This document shows, piece by piece, positions 9,187 to 18,393 of a stretch of 64,000 nt of DNA. The stretch is from IMG/VR virus record IMGVR_UViG_2974606986_000001, positions 10,017 through 74,016 of that record, one strand, 5' to 3'. The notes under the pieces were generated by a model. The model saw nothing but the letters and a program-made list of their open reading frames with translations, made no database searches and had not been told where the DNA came from. Positions within the stretch are counted from its first letter, which is position 1; each line of letters begins with the position of its first letter. The translations under genes were made by a program, and so were the position numbers. This DNA comes from a virus.

Positions 9187-9507
9187 TTAGTCTTCCAGGT
9201 AAAGGTTTTCAGGTTGAAGGTTCAGAATGTTTCCGTCTCTGAACTTAACGGGGGTCGCGGGCCACACGTCATTGTGAAGCGCGTACACGATTTCATGTGC
9301 CACATAGCGAACGCCGTTGAACATCACCTGGCGGGTGCCGTGACCATTCAGTGACCCGGCAACCTTGCCAGCTTTACCACGCGGCGGGATGTCTTTCGCG
9401 TAAACCAGCTGTCCCAGCTCGCGGTCAAAGGTAAACACCTCCCGCATTGCCGGAATGAATTTGGTGCGCTCTGCGGCGTCTCTGGCGCGTTTTTCTGCGT
9501 ATGTCAT
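9187..9507 (-). CDS. HNH_3-like homing endonuclease derivative, catalytic His apparently lost
   Basis: FTFDRELGQL...GKVAGSLNGHG...YVAHEIVYALHNDVWP..VKFRDGNILNLQPENL; canonical vDH replaced by VKF. Confidence 0.6.
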   Translation of the reverse strand: MTYAEKRARDAAERTKFIPAMREVFTFDRELGQLVYAKDIPPRGKAGKVAGSLNGHGTRQVMFNGVRYVAHEIVYALHNDVWPATPVKFRDGNILNLQPENLYLED

Positions 9508-9950
9508 TGCGTTACCCTAAATGTTGAAAAGTGTCGTTCAAACTGCTGGTGAAGGCCACGAATCAGGTTCATCACGGTGATCAGCGCTTCTTCTGGCTCT
9601 GGCGCATCGTGCATGAACTGCTGACCATTGATGATGATAGAACAGCAATAGCCGCTCGGATTGCAGTCATCATCGAAGTATTCGTCGATACTGCATTCGT
9701 CAGGATAAGGCATCATTGAATTAGGGTTTGGCACGTCGCGGATCGCTTCGTAATGCCATCCCATGTTTTCCCAGACGTGCGGTTTCCAGTCTTTGAAACC
9801 GAACCGCATAGCGTTAAGGCGTTCGCAAAGCCGTTCGGCGCGTATCATCGCCAGCTCAAATTCGGCTTTGGTGCAATCAGCCCCGCAGGCTGGCGAACAG
9901 TAAATCTCTCCGTTGGAAACAGGGGGCCAGGCGCTTTCTGCATCGGTCAT
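9504..9950 (-). CDS. Hypothetical protein
   Basis: 148-aa ORF, 4-bp overlap with neighbour. Confidence 0.7.
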   Translation of the reverse strand: MTDAESAWPPVSNGEIYCSPACGADCTKAEFELAMIRAERLCERLNAMRFGFKDWKPHVWENMGWHYEAIRDVPNPNSMMPYPDECSIDEYFDDDCNPSGYCCSIIINGQQFMHDAPEPEEALITVMNLIRGLHQQFERHFSTFRVTQ

Positions 9951-9964
9951 GATATTTACCTCAA

Positions 9965-10648
9965 TCAGGCTTTAAAGCTGGTAGGCTGCAACTCGCCATA
10001 CATGGAAAACGGGGAAGTTACCGGCATCGGGTCGCCTTCATCGTCTTTGATGTAATACAGATTAATCCCATGCGCTTTGCATTCAGGATCGCCGCATGAA
10101 CAGGCGGGTTCAACCTTCGTGATTTTGTATCCCTTACCGGGCGTCAGGTATGGGCAGGATGATGAAATGCGGCCAGCGCGAAGGATCGTTCCTACTTCAA
10201 GTTCATTGTTATATTGCTGATCTGCGGCATCGTGGGCAGCAGACATAAACGTCACACCTGCAAAGGCCGGATAAGTCGCGAGCGTTTCAGTTCCGTTTAC
10301 GGGGTCACGTAACACGACATGTGCAGGAAGGTTCAGCGGGAAGGATTCCAGAAGGTCGGTGATCTCTTTGTGAATGCTGGCATGGCGCATGTAGTCGATG
10401 ACTTTCGCGCGGCTTCCAGCATCACGCGAGTTTGCGACCACGTCATAAACGCGGCCAGATTCAAAGACAAGTTTTTCACCTGGCTGATTCAGGTTCATGC
10501 CCATGGAAAAGGTGCAACGAATTTTGTCGCCAGCGACCGGCTGATCACCTTTGCGATCGTCATGAATCTTACACAACATGGCGGCTGATGATGCCAGCTT
10601 GCGCAGTTCCATTAAACTGATCACGGCGTCGGTGATTGGTGGGATCAT
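9965..10648 (-). CDS. Hypothetical early protein
   Basis: 227-aa ORF downstream of consensus promoter 10689-10717. Confidence 0.7.
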   Translation of the reverse strand: MIPPITDAVISLMELRKLASSAAMLCKIHDDRKGDQPVAGDKIRCTFSMGMNLNQPGEKLVFESGRVYDVVANSRDAGSRAKVIDYMRHASIHKEITDLLESFPLNLPAHVVLRDPVNGTETLATYPAFAGVTFMSAAHDAADQQYNNELEVGTILRAGRISSSCPYLTPGKGYKITKVEPACSCGDPECKAHGINLYYIKDDEGDPMPVTSPFSMYGELQPTSFKA

Positions 10649-10688
10649 GGTGTTTCCTCTTTCTGAATAATATTGCTGGTGGAGTCAC

Positions 10689-10720
10689 ATAGTAATTAAA
10701 CCAGCGAACGTCGTCAACCG
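10689..10720 (-). promoter_or_regulatory. Early sigma70-type promoter, conserved phage motif
   Basis: TTGACG(10717-10712)-17 bp-TACTAT(10694-10689). Confidence 0.8.
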
Positions 10721-10737
10721 ATGTTTTATTCAGGGCG

Positions 10738-10765
10738 AAAAAAAACCCGGTGGTTAACCGGGCTT
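10738..10765 (-). terminator. Rho-independent terminator after holin cassette
   Basis: Minus strand GCCCGG-loop-CCGGGT followed by T8. Confidence 0.7.
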
Positions 10766-10778
10766 CCTGTCTGGCTGG

Positions 10779-11120
10779 TCAGGTACGCTGAAACCTCCTG
10801 CCTACCTTGTAAACCTGAACCGACTTATAAACACCGCGAATCGCCATCAGGATTATCATCGACTTCACTATCTGATGCGGCATGTCGCTTTCAAGGCCCA
10901 CGCAAAAGGCCGCGAACGCCACAATGGACATAAAAAAATGCCAGATGGTGTCGAATAATCCAGCTGATGACTGGCGGTGAATAACCCGGTAAACACTGGT
11001 CAGGCATAGTAACGCGGTGCAGGTCAGTCCCAGGGGGGATGACCAGAACGATTGAGCAATATGGGAAGGGCCAAAAACAGTGCTACTATGCCATCCCAGC
11101 CAGATCAGGAATTCATTCAT
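10779..11120 (-). CDS. Multi-pass membrane protein, possible antiholin or second holin
   Basis: Three hydrophobic segments, basic C-terminus, overlaps putative holin stop. Confidence 0.55.
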   Translation of the reverse strand: MNEFLIWLGWHSSTVFGPSHIAQSFWSSPLGLTCTALLCLTSVYRVIHRQSSAGLFDTIWHFFMSIVAFAAFCVGLESDMPHQIVKSMIILMAIRGVYKSVQVYKVGRRFQRT

Positions 11121-11415
11121 CAGATTTCTTCTCTCCAAAAGGTAAGCGAATAAAATCAATCAATCCGCCTGCCTTCATAATTATAGGCTTCCAGAATATG
11201 CCCGCCAAAAATGACGCTCCGCTGGTCGCCTCCGGTTGTGTCGCACCGTAATAACTCAAACCCCATGGGATGAGAAACAGCGCCGTGCAAACACCTGAAA
11301 CAATAAACCCGATCCGCTGCGGGCGGGTTAGTGGTTCATCTGAAATGTACTGACCCAGAAAACCACCTCCCAGCGCTGCAATTATGATCCAGGCTTTAGC
11401 CTTTAGTTCATCCAC
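11113..11415 (-). CDS. Putative holin
   Basis: 100 aa, 2-3 TM segments, GGGFLG motif, charged C-tail GEKKSDE. Confidence 0.6.
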   Translation of the reverse strand: MDELKAKAWIIIAALGGGFLGQYISDEPLTRPQRIGFIVSGVCTALFLIPWGLSYYGATQPEATSGASFLAGIFWKPIIMKAGGLIDFIRLPFGEKKSDE

Positions 11416-11468
11416 AATAGGGCCTCATAAGCAAGTTTAAGCGCGAATTATAAGCGGATTCCTAACGT

Positions 11469-11493
11469 AAAAAAGCCCATCAAAGATGGGCTA
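11469..11493 (-). terminator. Rho-independent terminator upstream of holin cassette
   Basis: GCCCATC-TTT-GATGGGC then T6 on minus strand. Confidence 0.65.
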
Positions 11494-11691
11494 TATAGCG
11501 TCGCGCGTTTCGGGCTTACGTGGGATGTCCTGCCAGTCTGGATCGCCGCCTGTCCAGTCCCGCAACCAATACTCAAAGAGTCTGACAGCGATGTCGGCGC
11601 GTTGTTCCGTCTCGAAAGTTCCCAGCGACCGTTTAGGATATCGGGTTTTAGCTTGCCATTTTCCGCTGGCCTGCAATGTAACCGGCATCAA
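11491..11691 (-). CDS. Small AP2-like DNA-binding domain protein
   Basis: SGKWQAK..Y.KRSLGTFETEQRADIA matches AP2/HNH-AP2 consensus kW.A......LG.F.T.eeA. Confidence 0.55.
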   Translation of the reverse strand: MMPVTLQASGKWQAKTRYPKRSLGTFETEQRADIAVRLFEYWLRDWTGGDPDWQDIPRKPETRDAI

Positions 11692-12029
11692 TCATCATCC
11701 TCTTCTTCGTCATCAAGCGGATCGGTGATGTAATCCAGTTCGTGTTCCAGTATCCGGGCGGTGCTTTCGAGATCGTCAACGATGGCACTGATGCGGCTGG
11801 TGACCCGTGCCAGCCTCTTTTTCGCGTCAGCCTTTATTCTGGCTTCATTGTCTGCCAGCTCACTTTCGATGTCGTCGTCAGTTGGCATCAGCAGGCGTTC
11901 AGCAATCAGCCGCAACAGCTCAGGCGACAGGCTGACCGATTTCCTTTTTTTGACTTCAGCATCACCAGCCCACTGTTCGCAAAAGCGGGCCAGCTCTTTG
12001 TTCGAACTATTCCGATAAATTGGATTCAT
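11688..12029 (-). CDS. Hypothetical protein
   Basis: 113-aa ORF with acidic tail, tiles with neighbours. Confidence 0.65.
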   Translation of the reverse strand: MNPIYRNSSNKELARFCEQWAGDAEVKKRKSVSLSPELLRLIAERLLMPTDDDIESELADNEARIKADAKKRLARVTSRISAIVDDLESTARILEHELDYITDPLDDEEEDDD

Positions 12030-12450
12030 GGGACTGCACCAGGTTTATTTGGGTGTCGGGCAGCACTGCGATCACTGCGCCATTCTCCAGGGTGATTTGG
12101 ACTTCATCGCGCCCGGCCAGAACTTTCGTAACCAGCCACGGTGAGCCACCATTCAGAATGATGTCACCATCGCAAATGGCAGTAGCCGGATAGACTCCGG
12201 GTTTTGGCACGGCCTGTTCAATCGTTTTAGGGCTGGCGTCGATAGCCTGCGCCATTGCCGTGGGATCCTGCGCAAAGGTCAGCGCAACGTCTGCCACGGC
12301 CTGAACAAAGCGGACACCCGCTTCAGTCATGTCACCACGGGTGCGGGTAACCTTCGACACATTGGTCAGCGCCTGCTGAACCGCTGGCTGGTTATAAATC
12401 AAAACAGCCATCTGGCGCATTACCTGATCGTGCAATTCCTGGTCTGTCAT
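12007..12450 (-). CDS. Hypothetical protein
   Basis: 147-aa ORF. Confidence 0.65.
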   Translation of the reverse strand: MTDQELHDQVMRQMAVLIYNQPAVQQALTNVSKVTRTRGDMTEAGVRFVQAVADVALTFAQDPTAMAQAIDASPKTIEQAVPKPGVYPATAICDGDIILNGGSPWLVTKVLAGRDEVQITLENGAVIAVLPDTQINLVQSHESNLSE

Positions 12451-12456
12451 AAAGCC

Positions 12457-12711
12457 TCACTTACATTTTATTGTTGATAATGAATTTAATTCGCATGTGT
12501 AAAGATAGCGCTGTTCGAAAGTGTTTATCTCTGTCGCATCCGAACGCAGTCGCAGCCAAATCTGGTCGGCAATTTCCTTCACTGATGCTTCGGATGTGCT
12601 GTTCGGGTTATAGCGGAAAGACTCCGATATATACCCGCCACGCACCGGATGAAACACCGTGCATTCCCGCCATGCGTCGGGACCGGTCATCCGGCCCCAT
12701 CGAAACATCAT
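12457..12711 (-). CDS. Hypothetical protein
   Basis: Start moved to ATG 12711 to avoid overlap with upstream gene. Confidence 0.55.
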   Translation of the reverse strand: MMFRWGRMTGPDAWRECTVFHPVRGGYISESFRYNPNSTSEASVKEIADQIWLRLRSDATEINTFEQRYLYTCELNSLSTIKCK

Positions 12712-12716
12712 CCGGT

Positions 12717-13082
12717 TCAATTCAGACGTTTCCTGACTGTCGGTTCCATGAAGTTGGCTTCGGCCACTACCTGATGAAGCGGGACAAGCCCGGCTGATGT
12801 GTTGACCAGCTGTTCCAGAACGAAGGTGAAGCCCATCAGACCATCCAGCAGAACGCGCAGTGTCGTTCCTGCCCACTCGACGTTTTCATCCGTGCTTGTC
12901 GCACGCTCGCGATTCTCCAGCCTTTCGCGCAGCAGCTGCAAAAGGGCTGGGATAACCACATCAGAATGCTGATCCTTCAGATGCGACCGGTAAATGTCGG
13001 TTAAAGATTCAACCGCTTTCCGGTCAGCTTCGATTCTGTCTTCTGAATGTTTTGCGCCCATAGCGCGGCATTTTTCGCACAT
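12717..13082 (-). CDS. Hypothetical protein
   Basis: 121-aa ORF. Confidence 0.65.
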   Translation of the reverse strand: MCEKCRAMGAKHSEDRIEADRKAVESLTDIYRSHLKDQHSDVVIPALLQLLRERLENRERATSTDENVEWAGTTLRVLLDGLMGFTFVLEQLVNTSAGLVPLHQVVAEANFMEPTVRKRLN

Positions 13083-13085
13083 GAA

Positions 13086-13958
13086 TTATTCCTCGTTCAG
13101 GTTGAGAATTTCAAACAGGTCGGTGGTCCACTTGTGGTCACCCAGGCTGACACGTTGACGCCAGTCCGGTGCAGCTGCCATCAGCTTATCAATCACTTCA
13201 GACTGCCGGGCCACCGCGTCGGCTAAAGCAACGTGCGGCGGCAACTTCATTTCTTCACGTAACTGGAAATAGATGTCCGCAGCGGATTTAATGCCATCAC
13301 TATCGATGCCGCCCCGGTAGGCTGCCAGTTCATGTTCAATGCGACCCAGGTCGCCTTTCATTTCTGAATTACGTGTCAGCGCTTTGCCTAGCTTTTCTTT
13401 CGTCTGCCGGTGCGCCTCTTTCTCTTCCTTCAGCGCATGGCTGGTGTCGGCGTTTTCCATCTGGACGGCAGCGCATCGGCTTTTTGGTTGCAGTGTGGTG
13501 ACGCCGATAGCTTCCAGACTGGCGATCACTTCGTCGCTATCGTCGATAGCCATAATGACATTCAGACCCATAGCGGCCAGGTTTTTGACTGCGTGGGCTT
13601 TAAACTCTCCCGGCTTCATCTGGCTGTCGTCAGGGCGCATGACCAGTAAATGGCCGGTTTGAAAATTCAGACTGTGTGCGGATAACTGCTGAACGGTCAA
13701 CTGGCTGCGGGATGCAAATCTGGCCGTACAGTAGGCGATGTTATAGCGGCCAGAACTATGCAGCGTTTTGACCATTTCGACCACTGTTTCGACCGGCTTA
13801 TCAGCCATCGCTGCCAGTTCATATTCGGCCCACGCGGAAGCATCGCGCCATTTATCGCGCGGCGGAACCAAGTGCGCCCGGTGAGTGTTGTCAAACATGG
13901 TGCCATCCAAATCGACGAGGATGACGGGAAGTGGCTGTCGTGAATTAGGTGCGATCAT
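13086..13958 (-). CDS. HAD-family phosphatase (T4 PNK 3'-phosphatase-like) with C-terminal coiled coil
   Basis: DLDGT motif I, CTAR motif II, AIDD motif IV; no P-loop kinase half; ATG 13958. Confidence 0.75.
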   Translation of the reverse strand: MIAPNSRQPLPVILVDLDGTMFDNTHRAHLVPPRDKWRDASAWAEYELAAMADKPVETVVEMVKTLHSSGRYNIAYCTARFASRSQLTVQQLSAHSLNFQTGHLLVMRPDDSQMKPGEFKAHAVKNLAAMGLNVIMAIDDSDEVIASLEAIGVTTLQPKSRCAAVQMENADTSHALKEEKEAHRQTKEKLGKALTRNSEMKGDLGRIEHELAAYRGGIDSDGIKSAADIYFQLREEMKLPPHVALADAVARQSEVIDKLMAAAPDWRQRVSLGDHKWTTDLFEILNLNEE

Positions 13959-13988
13959 CAGAATGTTCCTGGTGTGTTTTGAGGCTAT

Positions 13989-14020
13989 AAAATATCGGTT
14001 GTCGTCTATGTCGTCAACCG
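13989..14020 (-). promoter_or_regulatory. Variant of conserved promoter, with internal inverted repeat
   Basis: TTGACG(14017-14012)-17 bp-TATTTT; CGGTTGTCG...CGTCAACCG. Confidence 0.6.
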
Positions 14021-14074
14021 TTTTTTGTCGTCGCGAAGAGTGTATGATCTGCGCAACACCATCAGGGGGAACCC

Positions 14075-14803
14075 ATGTCAAAACTAAACAATTTAACTTT
14101 TGGGCTGTTCGGTGAAGGGGCGCTGGGCTGGTACGGTAAGCGCGGTCCCGGTTCAGTCGCGCCGCCACCACCACCAGCGCCGGTGTTCACCACTCAGCCA
14201 GGCACAAACGCGACCACCGGGACGGCTGGCGGCGTAACATCAACGGCTGTTCTTTATCAGCAGGGCGGCCCGCTGCGGATCGAAGGCGCTGTCGCCACGA
14301 ACGCAACGGCGTATGAATGGCAGCAGTTCGTTAACGGGTCGTGGGCTTCATCAGCGAATACATCGCCGGTGCTGAACCTCACGAACGCCACTGCGGCGAT
14401 GGCTGGCCACTGGCGTCTGATGGCAACCGGGCCGGGCGGGACCGTCACGTCGAATGAAGTGATCGTCGAAAATGCGTTCATCTACCTGCAACACCTGACC
14501 AATGATCAGCAGCCAGACAGGCCGATTATTAACGTCAATGACCGCACACAATGGACCATGGCCGCCACCGCAAACAAGGTCGTGCCGGTTATCGCGCTGA
14601 TCCGCAAACTGTCTGCGCCGACGGTTAATTACATGGGCATTGATGCCGGTCTGACCGCCACCAGCAGCGATGAAACAAAAGCCACTGTCGCCACGTCAGG
14701 ACGTAATGTCACCATCACCCCGAAAGCGGTCGCCGGTAACGCCGACCTTTATGTCAACTTCGCGGCGCTGTCAGCTCACATCGCCATTACCATCACGGTT
14801 TAA
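14075..14803 (+). CDS. Ig-like domain virion protein (Hoc-like I-set plus Big_2-like)
   Basis: PVFTTQP...AYEWQQ...LNLTNATAAMAGHWRLMATGPGGTVTS; C-terminal ATSSDETKATV. Confidence 0.7.
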   Translation: MSKLNNLTFGLFGEGALGWYGKRGPGSVAPPPPPAPVFTTQPGTNATTGTAGGVTSTAVLYQQGGPLRIEGAVATNATAYEWQQFVNGSWASSANTSPVLNLTNATAAMAGHWRLMATGPGGTVTSNEVIVENAFIYLQHLTNDQQPDRPIINVNDRTQWTMAATANKVVPVIALIRKLSAPTVNYMGIDAGLTATSSDETKATVATSGRNVTITPKAVAGNADLYVNFAALSAHIAITITV

Positions 14804-14819
14804 ACCATAGGGTTCAGCT

Positions 14820-15083
14820 ATGCCTAAAAAATTAATCACCTCAAAAACCCCGCAGAAAGTGAACACCGCAACAGCCGACGTGGTGCTGGGCGGTGGCGGG
14901 TTCCTCCTGTTCATGGGTGGTAACTCCGTACCGACTCCGGCAAGCGACTGGCTCTTCATTGATAAGATCGCAGTGATTCCGAAAGGTGTCGGCGCTTATG
15001 TGCTTTCGCCTGGCCCGGACATTTATGTCACAGCGATGGTTTATGACCAGGCCAGCGCCGCGCCCACTAATCCATGGGCATAA
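14820..15083 (+). CDS. Hypothetical protein, possibly virion-associated
   Basis: 87-aa ORF co-oriented with Ig protein, ends at terminator. Confidence 0.6.
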   Translation: MPKKLITSKTPQKVNTATADVVLGGGGFLLFMGGNSVPTPASDWLFIDKIAVIPKGVGAYVLSPGPDIYVTAMVYDQASAAPTNPWA

Positions 15084-15110
15084 AAAAAGGCCCCGTCCGG
15101 GGCCTTTCTT
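15082..15110. terminator. Bidirectional rho-independent terminator
   Basis: AAAAAAAGGCCCC-GTCC-GGGGCCTTTCTT. Confidence 0.8.
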
Positions 15111-15207
15111 ATATCGACATCCACCCGCGCATGATGGCGTATTTGATGCCAGCGGCTATCAGCAGACCAGCCAGCGCAGTTATGATCCCGGTTGCTTTAC
15201 TGCTCAC
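15109..15207 (-). CDS. Small membrane peptide (32 aa), absent from ORF track
   Basis: MSSKATGIITALAGLLIAAGIKYAIMRGWMSI; GTG start overlapping upstream gene, stop at terminator. Confidence 0.5.
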   Translation of the reverse strand: MSSKATGIITALAGLLIAAGIKYAIMRGWMSI

Positions 15208-15520
15208 CGTTCAGACTCCGCATTACGTTTAAGACAACGCGGACCCCATTATCGTTGGTGCTGTCTTCGACGAACTCACGCAACGCAGCATCGATTTCAT
15301 CTTCGTTGGCGCGGTCCTGCGCCTGCTGCCAGGTTATCGGTGGCGACTTCTTCCAGCCCTCGCCCAGCGGCAGGCAGGCCAGAACCCTTTTCGTTAACTC
15401 AGCCTGATCCGGTTTGAATCCCGGCGCGTCAGTATCGGCGAAGTAATCCGATATCTCAGCGGTGATCAGCTCCGCGACTGAAGGCGCTTTTACGCCGTTG
15501 TGGCATTCCTTATCAGACAT
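15197..15520 (-). CDS. Hypothetical protein
   Basis: ORF track; start set to ATG 15520. Confidence 0.6.
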   Translation of the reverse strand: MSDKECHNGVKAPSVAELITAEISDYFADTDAPGFKPDQAELTKRVLACLPLGEGWKKSPPITWQQAQDRANEDEIDAALREFVEDSTNDNGVRVVLNVMRSLNGEQ

Positions 15521-15524
15521 GATA

Positions 15525-15848
15525 TCAGCCCCCATCCTTGAATAGCGTTGCTTGCTGAATAGCATCCTCATACTCAGCGACAGACAGGAAAAGGAAGTCA
15601 GGGATATTGATGTTGTATGCTGCTAACTGACTCGCGAATCGATGGATAAGCAGCAGGCATTGAAGGTCGTTGCCTTGCGGCAGAGTTTCCCCGCGCGCGC
15701 GGCATTCTTCCCATATGCTGATAGCTTCAGCATGCAGCGCCGCCGCTGTGCTTTGGTTAGCCGGACGAAGGCTGTACTGTTTAGCTATTGTTGCTAACGT
15801 GCGTACCGGTGCAGATTCAACAGTGATCGGTGTCGGCATGTTTTTCAT
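15525..15848 (-). CDS. Hypothetical protein
   Basis: ORF track; start set to ATG 15848 (ATGA overlap). Confidence 0.6.
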   Translation of the reverse strand: MKNMPTPITVESAPVRTLATIAKQYSLRPANQSTAAALHAEAISIWEECRARGETLPQGNDLQCLLLIHRFASQLAAYNINIPDFLFLSVAEYEDAIQQATLFKDGG

Positions 15849-16501
15849 TTTCTCACCCAATGATGCTGATGGCATTTGTCGCAGCGAGCGCCGTAACACT
15901 CCGTGCCTTCAATGGTTTCAAGTAAGCGCATACCGTGGACCTGATGCCATAGTAATGGCGACTTACAACATGGTGATGACACGGTGTTACGTTTCAGGAT
16001 GGCTGTTTTCGGTTGCTCCATGATTTTTCCATCCGGCAACTGGATAGCGTTCATCCGGCGGAAGTGCGTGATGTCGCCCATAACGCCCCATTCGCAGACG
16101 TCGTAAATTACCGGGAATGGGTTTTTACGGTGCGGATTGTATTTCGATAGCCCCCACATTTCGCCATCAGTCACGATGACGCCTTCACGCGGTGACAGCT
16201 CGCTGACACGGTCAATCGGGACCCACTCGCTGCCTTCTGGTGCTTTAATCATCCCTTTGTCGCGGGCTGTCTTCATGATGGTGTCGATTAAGACGCCCTT
16301 CATCTTCTCGACTTCGGCGGCCATTTCATCTATCGATGATCTATCGATGTTAATGGTCATCACCATTTCGCGATTTTTGATTTTGTCGGCCTGCTCTTCC
16401 AGCCAGTCCAGATGATTTAATGCCAGGCTTCGGTTTGCTTCATCCAGATCTGGATGACTCGCCACGATAGCCCTGATCGCGGCTGTTATGTTGTCGCTCA
16501 T
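15845..16501 (-). CDS. Hypothetical protein (DUF551-like W-I/P segment)
   Basis: 218 aa; SEWVPIDRVSELSP...VIVTDGE...ITHFRRM resembles DUF551 prophage domain. Confidence 0.6.
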   Translation of the reverse strand: MSDNITAAIRAIVASHPDLDEANRSLALNHLDWLEEQADKIKNREMVMTINIDRSSIDEMAAEVEKMKGVLIDTIMKTARDKGMIKAPEGSEWVPIDRVSELSPREGVIVTDGEMWGLSKYNPHRKNPFPVIYDVCEWGVMGDITHFRRMNAIQLPDGKIMEQPKTAILKRNTVSSPCCKSPLLWHQVHGMRLLETIEGTECYGARCDKCHQHHWVRK

Positions 16502-16749
16502 TGGTCCCGTTCCTTAATCTTGCCTTCAAGGATCCCCACGAAATAAAGCAGCTGGGGAAACGTGAATTTAGGCTGTAAATAGGGTTTGGTTTTCTGGAAG
16601 ACGGCGCGCGCTATCTGGTCGCGCTCACCGGCGGCGGCGCTGGTATCTTTGCCACGAACCCCGGCAGCCTCCCATCTATCATAGATTTCCTGCCGCGCCT
16701 TTTTGGCTATCTGGCGCAGCAGGATCCGATCATCTTCCGTCATTTTCAT
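16498..16749 (-). CDS. Hypothetical protein
   Basis: 83-aa ORF, 4-bp overlaps both sides. Confidence 0.65.
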   Translation of the reverse strand: MKMTEDDRILLRQIAKKARQEIYDRWEAAGVRGKDTSAAAGERDQIARAVFQKTKPYLQPKFTFPQLLYFVGILEGKIKERDQ

Positions 16750-17033
16750 TGCGGGATGTGGGCCAGGTCAGCGTCGGTCATGCCGCCATACTGCAAATCG
16801 ATATGAATATAAGCCCGAACCCGAACAGCCGCGCTGCGCGTCAGGGTGTGAAGGATGTAAGTATCGACGGTAAGCGGTTTAGCGGGTGCGGGTGCTTCGC
16901 CATTGCTGGGGTTAAGGGGTGGCCGCTCTTCGCTGGTGTCCTGGACATACCAGACGGATGGCAAAGGCTCCTGCATTTCCTGGGATGTGCCGCCAGCTTT
17001 ACCGCCGACAAAATAAACAGTGGTCATGGTCAT
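16746..17033 (-). CDS. Hypothetical protein
   Basis: ATG 17033, VYFVGGKAGG motif. Confidence 0.6.
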   Translation of the reverse strand: MTMTTVYFVGGKAGGTSQEMQEPLPSVWYVQDTSEERPPLNPSNGEAPAPAKPLTVDTYILHTLTRSAAVRVRAYIHIDLQYGGMTDADLAHIPQ

Positions 17034-17053
17034 GATGTTGCCCTGTGATGGAT

Positions 17054-17080
17054 GGTTGCCGACATCGTAGGTCGACAACC
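17054..17080. promoter_or_regulatory. Intergenic inverted repeat, candidate operator
   Basis: GGTTGCCGAC-ATCGTAG-GTCGACAACC (9/10 match), related to promoter -35 flank. Confidence 0.5.
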
Positions 17081-17088
17081 GATTTTAA

Positions 17089-17445
17089 TCAAGTCTTTTT
17101 CAGCCAGTTGTTTTCGCCGATCAGGGTGAAGTTATCATCCTGCAAACGGTGGATAAGAAGGTCGCGTTCTGACAGCTTCCGTTCAAGGTTTCGGATGTAA
17201 GCCAGCTGGGGATCGCCGTCTTCACCATTCAGCCAGTGAAGCGTAGCAGCCTCTACCTGATCGTAAATAGGGAATGACCGGTCAATGTAAAGACCGATCA
17301 CCGGGTGGCGCTTCTCTTCACGCCGTTTCCGTTCGATGATGCCGCTGATCAGATGGATGGTGTGCCGGTCACTAACACTAAGATAGCGATCAATGTCGGA
17401 CAGCTTCAGAACCAGATAGCGGCGCTCAATCTTTTTGCGTGTCAT
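17089..17445 (-). CDS. Hypothetical protein
   Basis: ERRYLVLKLSDIDRYL motif common in prophage early genes; ATG 17445. Confidence 0.6.
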   Translation of the reverse strand: MTRKKIERRYLVLKLSDIDRYLSVSDRHTIHLISGIIERKRREEKRHPVIGLYIDRSFPIYDQVEAATLHWLNGEDGDPQLAYIRNLERKLSERDLLIHRLQDDNFTLIGENNWLKKT

Positions 17446-17998
17446 AGCTCGACCCCGGAACGATCCAGTATTTTTCAATGTTCGGCTGACCTTCGGCATG
17501 GTGCCAGTCGAACCGGCAGGCAGGCGCAGGGCCGAAGCGTTCGTCATCGCCCAGGTATGACACCACGACGATATTATCGAACCGTGGGGCGTCTTCAGGG
17601 CCGTTATAGTTGATCGGTTCCTGGTCGCCCAGCAGTTCGGCCAGATATTGCGTCTGCGCTTCTTTCTGGGTCAGCATCAGCGGCTTGATGGCGTCCCAGA
17701 TGCGCGTCAGGTACTGGCGTTCGACCTTGTAAGATGACTTCGTCTTGTGCCGTGGGTTGTGCAGGCGTTCAACAATATAGCCAGTGTTGCAGCCGCGCAG
17801 GAACTCTGTTGGCGTGCCGGATGGGCCGCTGAAATAGGTGGTCCAGACTTCGCCAAAGCAACGAACCGTGATGGTGAACGGGCGGTTAGCAGTGACCGCC
17901 GGATCTTCGCCCATGTTGATTTCGATATGGACGGCCACCGGGTCCAGCGCTTCCAGTTCGCTAAACTTCCAGTAAAGGTGTTGAATGTTGTCGTTCAT
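17426..17998 (-). CDS. Hypothetical protein
   Basis: 190-aa ORF. Confidence 0.7.
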   Translation of the reverse strand: MNDNIQHLYWKFSELEALDPVAVHIEINMGEDPAVTANRPFTITVRCFGEVWTTYFSGPSGTPTEFLRGCNTGYIVERLHNPRHKTKSSYKVERQYLTRIWDAIKPLMLTQKEAQTQYLAELLGDQEPINYNGPEDAPRFDNIVVVSYLGDDERFGPAPACRFDWHHAEGQPNIEKYWIVPGSSYDTQKD

Positions 17999-18393
17999 CG
18001 TGTGGTCATTCCTGTTGGTTTCATAACTTCGTTAAGGGTAACGCCACAATCTTCGCTCAGGCGTCGGTTAAGTTCGCCCATGGCGGTTCGCAGCCCCAGC
18101 TTACCGGATGCGATTTCCGCTTCCATCTGGCCGATCTCTTTCTTTTTGGTCGCGATAAACGTCATCAGCTGATCGGCGGTCATCGTGGCAAACTGACTCA
18201 GCAATCGATATTGCGAGATCCGCTTTTCCTCTTCAGGTTTCCAGCTCCAGTCAAAATCTATTCTGGGTCCCTTCATGACTGAACCGTCGGCGAACATCAC
18301 TTCGACCATCTGACCTTCAGCCAGATTTGCAGGGCCGCTTGCCGGACAGTGCTGCTTAAGTATCCAGCCTTTATTCACTTCGTCTTGCGACAT
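17995..18393 (-). CDS. Hypothetical protein
   Basis: 132-aa ORF; VEVMFADG...FDWSW motif and coiled coil. Confidence 0.7.
   Translation of the reverse strand: MSQDEVNKGWILKQHCPASGPANLAEGQMVEVMFADGSVMKGPRIDFDWSWKPEEEKRISQYRLLSQFATMTADQLMTFIATKKKEIGQMEAEIASGKLGLRTAMGELNRRLSEDCGVTLNEVMKPTGMTTR

Noticed and set aside
13959-14174. N-terminal extensions given by the ORF track (also 8543-8602, 17034-17078, 46512-46637, 50252-50314, 62002-62079)
   Set aside because: They run through promoter or operator elements and lack RBS; downstream ATG/GTG starts with RBS are preferred
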